64,000 nt of DNA from Colwellia psychrerythraea (GCA_002163005.1 MAAF01000024.1:1933-65932), one strand, 5' to 3'. Positions 21,635-30,840 are shown, counted from the first letter of the stretch. Notes: a model not told the origin generated them from the letters alone. Program-made: numbers and translations.

Positions 21635-21699
21635 ACTTCAACTTCTAACTGTTTGCTGTTTTAATTATTTAACGATTTAGCATATAAACCAAACAACTA

Positions 21700-21719
21700 T
21701 TTTAAACATCCGTTTAAAA
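21700..21719. promoter_or_regulatory. PsrA-type operator
   Basis: Perfect inverted repeat TTTTAAAC-ATCC-GTTTAAAA, fitting the AAAC-N2-4-GTTT PsrA motif, 65 bp upstream of the TetR start. Confidence 0.65.
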
Positions 21720-21781
21720 TAGCGTATTCTTTGTAAACAGGTCAAGCTTTTAACAATCACTAAACCAGATTTTTTAAAAAT

Positions 21782-22018
21782 GTATTATACACCAACTCTA
21801 TTACAAATCGTTACGCTATCTATACAGTAAAACACAGGCTGAACATTTATTATTAACTCAGTTTCTAGCAAGCAGTGATTTTAACAACTCTCTGCTCTTA
21901 TTAACTCCCTTATATATCATTGTTTTTGTTTATTATTGTTTTTATATCTCAACCCAGTTTCATGTTGTAGTTTGCTCATTCATTTTGAATGAGCTTTTTT
22001 TTGCCCAAAATTCGGGCT
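21782..22018 (+). ncRNA. Tandem non-coding unit, copy 1 (candidate sRNA with own upstream region and terminator)
   Basis: 260-bp period duplicate; U-rich tract at 21912-21942; terminator GCTCATTC-ATTTT-GAATGAGC-T8 at 21974-22002. The duplication is certain; the sRNA call is inference. Confidence 0.55.
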
Positions 22019-22041
22019 GTTGGACCAAGTTTATTCAAAAG

Positions 22042-22277
22042 GTATTGTATACCAACTCTATTACAAATCGTTACGCTATCTATACAGTAAAATACGGGCT
22101 GAGCATTTATTATTAACTCAGTTTCTAACAAGCAGTGATTTAAAATACTATCTGCTTCTATTGACTCCCCCATATATCATTGTTTTTGTTTATTATTGTT
22201 TTATATATCAACCCTGTTTCATGTTGTAGTTTGCTCATTCATTTTGAATGAGCTTTTTTTTGTTCAAAATTCAAGCT
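22042..22277 (+). ncRNA. Tandem non-coding unit, copy 2
   Basis: 16 differences including one indel over 212 nt versus copy 1 by hand alignment; identical terminator ending at 22261. Confidence 0.55.
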
Positions 22278-22368
22278 ACTTTTATCCTAAGTAACTATTT
22301 TACTTATAAACTGTGTATCACCCCACCAATTTTATATACTAGCTTCACCTAACAACTGCACTTTAATA

Positions 22369-24240
22369 ATGATAATAAAAATGAAACATATTACGAAAAC
22401 ATTTAAATTTACAGGTCTTGCTTTAGTTATTGCCGCTTCTTTAACTGCGTGTACTCAAGAATCAAGTCAACAAGCCTCAGAAAATAAAGCGGTAGAAATT
22501 AGTAAACAAGCAGCATTAACAGCAACAGATGCACAACAATTCTTGGATAATGTTGCAAAAGAAATGGTGACATTAAACTTAGAAGGTTCACGTGCTGCTT
22601 GGATTTACGCTAATTTCATAACTGAGGATACGGCTTCATTAGCCGCTGAAGCCGATCAGAATTCGACCGATGCTGGTGTTAGATTCGCTATGCAAGCAGC
22701 GACTTTTGATAAGGTAGACGTTAATGCGATACAGCGACGTCAGCTAAATATATTAAAACAAAGCTTGGTTATGCCCGCTCCACAAGATTCAAATAAGTCA
22801 GCTGAGCTTGCAACTATTGGCGCTAAACTTGGCAGCATTTACGGTAAAGGTAGCTATACCACTAAAGCAGGTGAAAAGCTTAGCTTAGGCGATATGACAG
22901 CTAAAATGGCCACCTCTCGTGATTATGATGAGCTACTTGAAATGTGGTCTGGCTGGCGTGAAATTAGCCCTGAAATGAAACCACTTTATACCCGTCAAGC
23001 TGAGCTTGCCAACGAAGGTGCTAAAGGCCTAGGTTATCAAGATTTAGGTGCAATGTGGCGTTCAAATTATGATATGCCTGCTGATGATTTTGCTAAAGAG
23101 CTTGATCGTTTATGGGGACAAGTTAAGCCGTTATATGATGACTTACATTGTTATGTAAGAAGTGAGTTAGGTGAAACTTACGGTACTGATAAAGTAGCCC
23201 AAGACAAACCTATTCCTGCACATTTACTCGGTAATATGTGGGCTCAATCTTGGGGTAACATCTATGATTTAGTCGCTCCAGAAGATGCCGATCCCGGTTA
23301 TGATGTAACGAAGCAATTAGCTGCACATAACTACGATGAAATTAAAATGGTTAAAGGCGCTGAGAAGTTCTTCACGTCATTGGGCTTTGATGCTTTACCA
23401 GAGACTTTTTATAGCCGTTCATTATTTACTAAACCTGCCGATAGAGACGTAACTTGTCACGCCAGCGCATGGGACCTTGATGCCAAAGATGATATTCGCA
23501 TCAAGATGTGTATTCAAAAAACAGGTGAAGAATTTAACGTTATTCACCATGAATTAGGGCACAACTTCTATCAACGTGCTTACAAAGACCAACCAGTATA
23601 TTTCCAAAACAGTGCTAATGACGGTTTCCATGAAGCAATTGGCGATACTATTGCATTGTCAGTTACGCCGAAATACTTAAAAGAAATAGGCCTAATTAAG
23701 ACCATTCCTGATGAGTCAAAGGATATTGGCTTATTAATGAAAAAAGCTCTTGATAAAATCGCTTTCATTCCATTTGGTTTGATGGTTGATCAATGGCGTT
23801 GGAAAGTTTACTCAGGTGAGATTACCCCTGAAAACTACAACACGTCATGGTGGGAATTACGTGAGAAGTATCAAGGTGTAGCAGCGCCTATTGACCGCGA
23901 TGTTAATGCATTCGACCCTGGTGCTAAGTATCATGTACCCGCAGGTGTTCCTTATAGCCGTTATTTCTTAGCACACATTCAGCAATTTGAATTTCATCGT
24001 GCGTTGTGTGAAATTTCAGGGAATACTGATCCAATTCACCGCTGTTCAATCTATAACTCAAAAGACGCCGGTACTGCACTTAATACCATGTTAGAAATGG
24101 GTTCAAGCCAGCCATGGCAACAAGCTTATAAAGTCATTACCGGTAATGAACAAATGGATGCTACCGCTATTTTAGATTACTTTGCACCATTACATGTATG
24201 GCTTAAGAACAAAAATCAAGGTAAACAGTGTGGCTTTTAA
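22369..24240 (+). CDS. M2-family peptidyl-dipeptidase (ACE-like), probable lipoprotein
   Basis: 623 aa; HHELGH zinc motif, FHEAIG third ligand, AHLLGNMWAQ; LTAC lipobox; ATG at 22381 is an alternative start. Confidence 0.88.
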   Translation: MIIKMKHITKTFKFTGLALVIAASLTACTQESSQQASENKAVEISKQAALTATDAQQFLDNVAKEMVTLNLEGSRAAWIYANFITEDTASLAAEADQNSTDAGVRFAMQAATFDKVDVNAIQRRQLNILKQSLVMPAPQDSNKSAELATIGAKLGSIYGKGSYTTKAGEKLSLGDMTAKMATSRDYDELLEMWSGWREISPEMKPLYTRQAELANEGAKGLGYQDLGAMWRSNYDMPADDFAKELDRLWGQVKPLYDDLHCYVRSELGETYGTDKVAQDKPIPAHLLGNMWAQSWGNIYDLVAPEDADPGYDVTKQLAAHNYDEIKMVKGAEKFFTSLGFDALPETFYSRSLFTKPADRDVTCHASAWDLDAKDDIRIKMCIQKTGEEFNVIHHELGHNFYQRAYKDQPVYFQNSANDGFHEAIGDTIALSVTPKYLKEIGLIKTIPDESKDIGLLMKKALDKIAFIPFGLMVDQWRWKVYSGEITPENYNTSWWELREKYQGVAAPIDRDVNAFDPGAKYHVPAGVPYSRYFLAHIQQFEFHRALCEISGNTDPIHRCSIYNSKDAGTALNTMLEMGSSQPWQQAYKVITGNEQMDATAILDYFAPLHVWLKNKNQGKQCGF

Positions 24241-24294
24241 TACTCAAGTATTAATTAATACCAGCCAGTTAACTTTAATTAACAGGCTATAAAC

Positions 24295-24343
24295 AAAAAG
24301 CCCCGTTACCTTCTGGTATTAACCAATGATAACGGGGCTTTTT
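24295..24343. terminator. Bidirectional terminator between the M2 peptidase and bkdB
   Basis: AAAAAGCCCCGTTA ... TAACGGGGCTTTTT between convergent genes. Confidence 0.7.
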
Positions 24344-24400
24344 TAATGCTATAGATAAGTAACTAGAAAATATGTAACTTAACTATTTATGATTAAAGCG

Positions 24401-25660
24401 CTAGCTCATATGAACTAACATATGACTTGGTTTCTCTAGGAATGATTTCCATAGGTTACAAAAGCGTGCGATAGTCCCGCCATCTATAACTCGGTGATCA
24501 CCAGACCAGCTCACTTGCATAATACTGCGTGCTTCGACTTCGCCTTGCTCATTAAAGCGCGGTAATTTTTGTAACTTGCCCAATGCAACAATAGCAACTT
24601 CTGGCTTATTAATGATAGGGGTTGCCACAGTTCCACCGATTGCACCAATATTAGAAATGGTAATAGTGCCCCCTTTTAGATCTTCACTGGCAACACGTCC
24701 GCTACGGGCATCATTTGTTAAGCGCATAATGTCGTTAGCTAAATCTAATATTGACTTAGTTTGTACCTGTTTAATATTAGGTACAAGTAAACCGACTTTA
24801 GAATCAACCGCCATACCAATATTATGATCATTAAAGTAAGTGAGCTCAGTGCAATCATCATTTACTTTTGAATTAACCAATGGGTACTCTTTAATCGCTA
24901 ATGACATAGCTTTCATAAAGAATGGCATCATAGTTAACTTAATATCTTGCTTAGCGTAGACTTCTTTTAATTCTCCGCGTAAAGCGATAAGTTCAGTTAA
25001 ATCGATTTCTTCACAATAGGTAAAGTGAGGAATAGTACTGACACTGTTTTGCATCGCTGTTGCCATCACCTTTTTAATACCGCGAATAGGCTCTACGCTC
25101 GTACCTCCAATAACAGTACTATTTGCCACAACAGCGGATACAACACTCGAGCCATTTTGACTATAAGCAACGACATCACCTTTATAGACTCGCCCTTTTT
25201 TACCACTACCTTCAACTTGATGAATATTAATATCAAGTTCGCGAGCTACACGTCTAACCGCAGGGCTTGCTAATGCTTTACCACTTACAGGTTCATCTTT
25301 TACTGATGATGGAGCAGCTGATGGTGTTGCGACTTCTTTTGCTACAAAATTCGTCTTTACGGTATCAACTTGTGCTTTAACTTCAGTTTCAGCGGCAACA
25401 GTATCGTTAGTGCCAGTATCACCTTCAGGAGTCATAGCAAAAAGAGGCGAATGCACTTTAGCAATTTCGCCTTGCTTATAATAAAGCTTTTCTACAACAC
25501 CTGAATGCATTGCTGGGATTTGTACTAAGGCTTTATCTGTCATCACATCAGCAATAGGCTGATCTTCAACAATAATTTCACCTTCTTTAACTAACCATTC
25601 GACGAGCTCACACTCAACGATACCTTCACCAATATCAGGTAATATAAAATCAATACTCAT
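24401..25660 (-). CDS. bkdB: Branched-chain 2-oxoacid dehydrogenase E2 (dihydrolipoyl acyltransferase)
   Basis: 419 aa; lipoyl domain MTDKA, ASPAVRR E3-binding, DHRVIDG. Confidence 0.92.
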   Translation of the reverse strand: MSIDFILPDIGEGIVECELVEWLVKEGEIIVEDQPIADVMTDKALVQIPAMHSGVVEKLYYKQGEIAKVHSPLFAMTPEGDTGTNDTVAAETEVKAQVDTVKTNFVAKEVATPSAAPSSVKDEPVSGKALASPAVRRVARELDINIHQVEGSGKKGRVYKGDVVAYSQNGSSVVSAVVANSTVIGGTSVEPIRGIKKVMATAMQNSVSTIPHFTYCEEIDLTELIALRGELKEVYAKQDIKLTMMPFFMKAMSLAIKEYPLVNSKVNDDCTELTYFNDHNIGMAVDSKVGLLVPNIKQVQTKSILDLANDIMRLTNDARSGRVASEDLKGGTITISNIGAIGGTVATPIINKPEVAIVALGKLQKLPRFNEQGEVEARSIMQVSWSGDHRVIDGGTIARFCNLWKSFLEKPSHMLVHMS

Positions 25661-25689
25661 GTTCTGTGTCCTGCTAATAAGGGTTATCG

Positions 25690-26667
25690 TTAAAAATTAA
25701 CGCTCTTTATGATTGCTTCATATACTTTTAAGTGATCGCTAACATACTCTTTTTCTAACGCTAATGGATAAGGTGTATCAAGACCACATACACGAGCAAT
25801 AGGCGACTCTAGGTGTAAAAAACATTCACTTTGAATAGTGGCGGCAATTTCACTGGCAAATCCAGCCGTTAATGGTGCCTCTTGACTAATAAGCAAACGG
25901 CCTGTTTTCATCACAGAATTACTAATAGTTTCTATATCCCAAGGTAAAATAGTACGTAAATCTACCACTTCACAAGAGATACCATCATTGCTAGCCATTT
26001 GCGCTGCTTTTTCAATGATTTCCATTTGCGCACCCCAAGCGAGTAAAGTGATATCAGTACCTGTTTGTACCACTTCAGCTTTACCCAAAGGCAATTGATA
26101 ATCTTCTTCTGGTACTTCGCCAACTGATGCTCGGTATAAACGCTTTGGTTCAAAAAATATCACCGGGTTATCATCACGAATAGAAGCAAGCAATAAGCCT
26201 TTAGCTTGGTATGGATTACGTGGAATAACCACTTTTAAACCAGGCGTATGAGCAAAGTAAGCTTCAGGCGATTGACTATGATACAAGCCACCCGCAATAC
26301 CGCCACCGTATGGACTACGAATGGTAAGTTTACCAACATTAAATTCATTACCGCTACGGTAACGAAATTTGGCCGCTTCATTAACGATTTGGTCAAAAGC
26401 TGGGAAAATGTAATCGGCAAATTGAATTTCAGCGATAGCAACACTGCCTTGGGCAGCTAGGCCATTAGCAAAACCAATAATCCCCTGCTCAACTAATGGA
26501 GTATTAAAGCAACGTGCTTTACCATACTTTTCTTGCAGACCACTTGTGGCGCGAAACACTCCACCAAAATGACCTACATCTTCACCAAAACATACCGTGC
26601 TTTTATTTTCAGCCATGGCAATATCAAGTGCACTATTAATAGCCTGTAATAAATTTATTTGCGCCAT
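25690..26667 (-). CDS. bkdA2: Branched-chain 2-oxoacid dehydrogenase E1 beta
   Basis: 325 aa; [22 protein letters not shown]. Confidence 0.92.
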   Translation of the reverse strand: MAQINLLQAINSALDIAMAENKSTVCFGEDVGHFGGVFRATSGLQEKYGKARCFNTPLVEQGIIGFANGLAAQGSVAIAEIQFADYIFPAFDQIVNEAAKFRYRSGNEFNVGKLTIRSPYGGGIAGGLYHSQSPEAYFAHTPGLKVVIPRNPYQAKGLLLASIRDDNPVIFFEPKRLYRASVGEVPEEDYQLPLGKAEVVQTGTDITLLAWGAQMEIIEKAAQMASNDGISCEVVDLRTILPWDIETISNSVMKTGRLLISQEAPLTAGFASEIAATIQSECFLHLESPIARVCGLDTPYPLALEKEYVSDHLKVYEAIIKSVNF

Positions 26668-26669
26668 GA

Positions 26670-26756
26670 TTAAAATTTCCCTGCTGCTGTAGTTGGGTAA
26701 GCTTCATGGAAGTCAGTGTTGATACTACACACTTGCTCAATAAGGATTTGCGTCAT
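26670..26756 (-). repeat. 89-bp junction repeat unit 2, encodes 28-aa mini-ORF
   Basis: [37 protein letters not shown], identical to 26759-26845. Confidence 0.85.
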
Positions 26757-26758
26757 GA

Positions 26759-26845
26759 TTAAAATTTCCCTGCTGCTGTAGTTGGGTAAGCTTCATGGAA
26801 GTCAGTGTTGATACTACACACTTGCTCAATAAGGATTTGCGTCAT
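26759..26845 (-). repeat. 89-bp junction repeat unit 1, encodes 28-aa mini-ORF
   Basis: Same ORF; starts 2 nt after the bkdA1 stop. Confidence 0.85.
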
Positions 26846-26847
26846 GA

Positions 26848-28029
26848 TTAAAATTTCCCTGCGGTAAATGGGTAAGCTTCTGGGTATTTATTAACGTGAG
26901 CTTTGACTTCCTCTAATTGCGCTTGTAACTGCGCTGATGGCACATCATAAACATCCGTTATCATGGTATCTATATGTGGTTTATCAATTTTCTCCGCTAC
27001 TTTGACTGCCGCTAACACTTCTTCTCGATACTTTTCGAATAAAGTCGTTTCTTGTGCTTCATCCCACCAGTTTTGTTTTATTAACCAGTTTTTCATCCGT
27101 AAGATAGGATCATGACTTTGCCATTTAGCCTCTTCTTCTTTGGTACGATAACCCGATGGATCATCCGAAGTAGAATGTGCGCCAAGACGATAAGACATCG
27201 CTTCAATTAAGACAGGTTTGCTTTCTTTTACCGCATAAGCGCGAGCAATTTGTGTTGCTTTAAGTACTGCAAGAATATCATTTCCATCAATACGGATTGT
27301 TTTAATACCATAACCAACACCACGAGAAGCAATACCGTTACCTTTAAACTGTTCATCTGAAGGCGTAGAGATAGCATAACCATTATTTCGGCAAAAAAAG
27401 ATTACCGGGGCTTCTTGTACTGCTGCCATATTGAGACCCGCATGAAAGTCACCTTCTGATGCAGCGCCTTCACCAAAGTAACAAATGGTTACCGCATCAG
27501 CACCTTGCAATTTTTGCCCATACGCATAACCTGTTGCTTGCGGAATTTGTGTGGCAAGCGGTGAAGAAACAGTCATACAGTTCAGTGCTTTAGAACCATA
27601 ATGTATTGGCATTTGACGGCCTTTACCTAAATCACCCGCATTACTAAATAACTGATTCATTAGGTCTTCAAGATCAAAACCACGATATATTAAGGCGCCT
27701 TGTTCACGATATTGCATCATGATCATATCTTGAGGCTTTAAGCCCGCAGCACCACCAACACTAGTAGCTTCTTCGCCTAATGCTGTCATATAAAAACTCA
27801 AACGACCTTGGCGCTGTGAAGCAACCATACGTTCATCTAATACTCGATGAAAGGCAAGACTATGATAAATTTTAGTCGCCAACGCTTGATCTATATCCGG
27901 TAAATCAGCACCGGGGTAAGTGATACCGTCTTGGTCTAAAATTCTTAATTCAGGAATTTCAACGCTGGTTCCATCAATAAAAGTAGCTTGATGCACTACG
28001 GGTCCATCATTATAAAGTTCTGTGCTCAT
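26848..28029 (-). CDS. bkdA1: Branched-chain 2-oxoacid dehydrogenase E1 alpha
   Basis: TPP motif GEGAASEGDFH...RNN, YRLGAHSTSDDP; ATG at 28029 preferred over the track start 28059. Confidence 0.92.
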   Translation of the reverse strand: MSTELYNDGPVVHQATFIDGTSVEIPELRILDQDGITYPGADLPDIDQALATKIYHSLAFHRVLDERMVASQRQGRLSFYMTALGEEATSVGGAAGLKPQDMIMMQYREQGALIYRGFDLEDLMNQLFSNAGDLGKGRQMPIHYGSKALNCMTVSSPLATQIPQATGYAYGQKLQGADAVTICYFGEGAASEGDFHAGLNMAAVQEAPVIFFCRNNGYAISTPSDEQFKGNGIASRGVGYGIKTIRIDGNDILAVLKATQIARAYAVKESKPVLIEAMSYRLGAHSTSDDPSGYRTKEEEAKWQSHDPILRMKNWLIKQNWWDEAQETTLFEKYREEVLAAVKVAEKIDKPHIDTMITDVYDVPSAQLQAQLEEVKAHVNKYPEAYPFTAGKF

Positions 28030-28211
28030 AATGTTCTCTTCTGTTTCCCTAACGCGCAATATTTAGCGGTTAAAGTCTGCGAAAGTTGATTAAATATAGA
28101 GAAACTATACTTAACAAATTTTGTTTATTTTAAGTACGCTCATGTAACTCTGAGTTGTTAGTAAATTAAATGGGTATTAGCTAGGCTTATTATTTTTTAG
28201 TATAGACAATT

Positions 28212-28271
28212 TATACTCGTTACCAATCAAAATGCATAATTCACCGTGCACTTGAATGCTAAGGGGATATA
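28212..28271. repeat. Short ERIC-like repeat
   Basis: TATACTCGTTACCAATCAAA...CTTGAATGCTAAGGGGATATA, homologous to 1079-1136. Confidence 0.65.
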
Positions 28272-28307
28272 CATTGGTAAGGTCTGCCGTGACAACCTAT
28301 TTTCAAC

Positions 28308-28328
28308 CTTACCTTTACGTTAACTGAC
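28308..28328. promoter_or_regulatory. Probable LiuR site upstream of the bkd operon
   Basis: CTTACCTTTACGTTAACTGAC versus CTTACCCTTTACGTTAACGTAAAC at 3846-3869. Confidence 0.5.
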
Positions 28329-28478
28329 ATTCAATAAACGAAGACAATGAGTTGACTTGTAAGTCACAAAAAGTGAGCAACATTCTTTACAGTGGCGTTA
28401 GAATAAATAAATAGAAGGGGGTTAAACGAGCTAAAGAGTTATTACTAAGTTTAGTAATAACTCTTTAATAGTAGCAAC

Positions 28479-30140
28479 TTACAAGCCAGCCGCTTTAAAT
28501 GAAGCACTTACAATGGCTTGCGCTTCACCAATAATGCTCTGGAGGTGGCTATCATCAATAAAACTTTCAGCGTAGATTTTATAAATTTCTTCCGTGCCAG
28601 AAGGACGAGCAGCAAACCAACCGTTATCTGTTACCACTTTTATGCCACCTATGGCGGCATTATTACCTGGCGCATGTGAAAGCACGTGGAGAATTTTATC
28701 ACCGGCAAGGTTTTGTGCTTTAACGTCATCACAAGATAACCCTGTTAGCACACGCTTTTGCTCAAAGGAAGCAACAGCTTCAACTCGCCCATAACAGGGT
28801 TGACCCAAATCTTTAGTTAATTCGAGGTAATATTGATAAGGGTCTTTGCCGGTAACAGCAAGAATCTCAGCCGCTAATAAAGCCAATATAAAGCCATCTT
28901 TATCTGTGGTCCACGTACTGCCATCACGAGATAGAAAAGATGCACCAGCACTTTCTTCACCACCAAAGGCATAGCTTGAATCAGCTAAACCATCAACAAA
29001 CCATTTAAAACCTACAGGTACTTCTGATAACGGCAGTGAAAGCTGCTTAGCAACGCGATCAATGAGTGAGCTTGACACTAACGTTTTACCAATTTTACAG
29101 CTTTTTGGCCAATCTCTATGGGTCATTAAGTAATGAATGGCTACAGCGAGGTAATGATTAGGGTTCATCAAACCACCACTTGGCGTTACAATGCCATGTC
29201 GGTCAAAATCTGGGTCATTACCGACACTGATATCAAAGTCATCTTTCATAGCAATTAATCCTGCCATGGCATATTTTGACGAACAATCCATGCGAATTTT
29301 ACCGTCTTTATCCAATGGCATAAAAGCGAAGCTGCCATCGACTACTTCATTAACAACGGTAATATTCAATTTATAGTGCTCAGCGATAACAGGCCAATAA
29401 GCAATGCCCGACCCGCCAAGAGGGTCCACACCAATGTTTACTCCAGCTTTAGCAATCGCCTGCATATCAATAACTTGATTAAGCTGTTCAACATAATGGT
29501 CGATAAAGTTTTCTTTAGTGAGTAATGGTGATTGTAACGCCTGTTGGTAAGCTAACTGTTTAACATCTGTTAAATTTGCGGTAATAATTTCATTAGCGCG
29601 CTGCTCAATTTTTTTGGTGATATCGCCTTCTGCAGGGCCGCCATGAGGAGGATTATACTTAATACCGCCATCACTCGGTGGATTATGGGAAGGCGTGATA
29701 ACAATACCATCAGCAACTTTTTCAGAAGCTGATTTATTATGACTAATGATTAAGCGGGATATTACTGGTGTAGGCGTAAAGCCCTTTCCTGATAAAGAGT
29801 CATTTTGGATAACGACATTAATGCCATTTGCAACGAGTACTGATATAGCACTGGCAAAAGCCGGCTCAGATAACGCGTGGGTATCTTTACCTAAAAAAAG
29901 TGGTCCACTAATAGCATTTTGCTGACGATATTCAGCGATAGCCTGACAAATAGCGATAATGTGTTGTTCATTAAAGCTACGCTTATTAGCACAACCTCGG
30001 TGACCTGACGTACCAAAGCTAACTTGCTCTGCTGCTAAGCTCACATCAGGTATTTGCAAAAAATAGTCACTAACTAACTGACCAATATTAATTCTATCTT
30101 CAGGACGTGCAGGTTTACCAGCAAAAGGGTGGATACTCAT
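28479..30140 (-). CDS. pgm: Phosphoglucomutase
   Basis: 553 aa; FGTSGHRG, TPSHNPP, DPDFDR, GEESAG; follows seqA. Confidence 0.95.
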   Translation of the reverse strand: MSIHPFAGKPARPEDRINIGQLVSDYFLQIPDVSLAAEQVSFGTSGHRGCANKRSFNEQHIIAICQAIAEYRQQNAISGPLFLGKDTHALSEPAFASAISVLVANGINVVIQNDSLSGKGFTPTPVISRLIISHNKSASEKVADGIVITPSHNPPSDGGIKYNPPHGGPAEGDITKKIEQRANEIITANLTDVKQLAYQQALQSPLLTKENFIDHYVEQLNQVIDMQAIAKAGVNIGVDPLGGSGIAYWPVIAEHYKLNITVVNEVVDGSFAFMPLDKDGKIRMDCSSKYAMAGLIAMKDDFDISVGNDPDFDRHGIVTPSGGLMNPNHYLAVAIHYLMTHRDWPKSCKIGKTLVSSSLIDRVAKQLSLPLSEVPVGFKWFVDGLADSSYAFGGEESAGASFLSRDGSTWTTDKDGFILALLAAEILAVTGKDPYQYYLELTKDLGQPCYGRVEAVASFEQKRVLTGLSCDDVKAQNLAGDKILHVLSHAPGNNAAIGGIKVVTDNGWFAARPSGTEEIYKIYAESFIDDSHLQSIIGEAQAIVSASFKAAGL

Positions 30141-30159
30141 TTCATCTTCCTAATTTTTA

Positions 30160-30206
30160 TATACCCAAGCCACTTGAAGATGCGTGTTTCAGGTAGTTTG
30201 GGTATA
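30160..30206. repeat. 47-bp ERIC-like hairpin between seqA and pgm
   Basis: TATACCCAAGCCACTTGAA-GATGCGTGT-TTCAGGTAGTTTGGGTATA; related to the 5' end of 4350-4478. Confidence 0.75.
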
Positions 30207-30237
30207 AGTATTAATCTAAGTCACATTAATTTTAAAG

Positions 30238-30840
30238 CTAGAGTAACTCACGAATTTTTTCTACATCACTATCACTATAACCCAATGAGATTGAGGCTTT
30301 AGTTAACATCATTTTTTTACGCGTAGTGTTAGAATTGGTTATGACCCAAAAAGGACTTTCTGGTATTTGGCGAGGTTTGGTACTACTACCACTTTCTGCC
30401 AATTTATTTTCACTATTAGCAAAATATAATCGATCACGGCCACTTATCTCAGTCACCACAGAAAATTGTTCAGGGTGAGCACGATATAACGCAGCAAGAA
30501 TTAATAAGAACCGCCCTACAGCACCACGTTGCATTGCCAACTCTTCTTTATTAATAAAGTTAAAAACTGTTTCATGACTATCAGAGGTAACCTTAACAGC
30601 TGTTTTATTTTTTGGCTCATCAAGCTCAGTAGTTTCAACTTCTGCTGCACTCTCTTCAGGCTCAGGAAGTGTATTCACTTCTACCACATCTGAAGGTTCG
30701 TTAACGGTAACGGTCTCAAGCTTGGTTTCTACACCCAAATTTAGCAAACGACGTAAAATGGCAGAAGCACTCTCACCAATAAACTGAGTATTGGTGGCAA
30801 TATATTGATAAAGCTCTTCATCTATTTCGATGTTTTTCAT
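30238..30840 (-). CDS. seqA: Replication initiation negative regulator SeqA
   Basis: [16 protein letters not shown]-terminus (start 30840, not 30921), [19 protein letters not shown]. Confidence 0.92.
   Translation of the reverse strand: MKNIEIDEELYQYIATNTQFIGESASAILRRLLNLGVETKLETVTVNEPSDVVEVNTLPEPEESAAEVETTELDEPKNKTAVKVTSDSHETVFNFINKEELAMQRGAVGRFLLILAALYRAHPEQFSVVTEISGRDRLYFANSENKLAESGSSTKPRQIPESPFWVITNSNTTRKKMMLTKASISLGYSDSDVEKIRELL

Noticed and set aside
21976-22173. 65-aa minus-strand ORF across the tandem units
   Set aside because: No RBS, crosses the unit boundary, and no recognisable motif.
22020-22229. 69-aa hydrophobic ORF in tandem copy 2 as a type I toxin
   Set aside because: TTG start lies outside the repeat unit, there is no RBS, and copy 1 has a 1-nt indel in the equivalent region; hydrophobicity follows from the T-rich tract.
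26665-26880. CRISPR array interpretation of the bkd junction repeat
   Set aside because: Units are identical over their full 89 bp with no unique spacers, and no cas genes are present.
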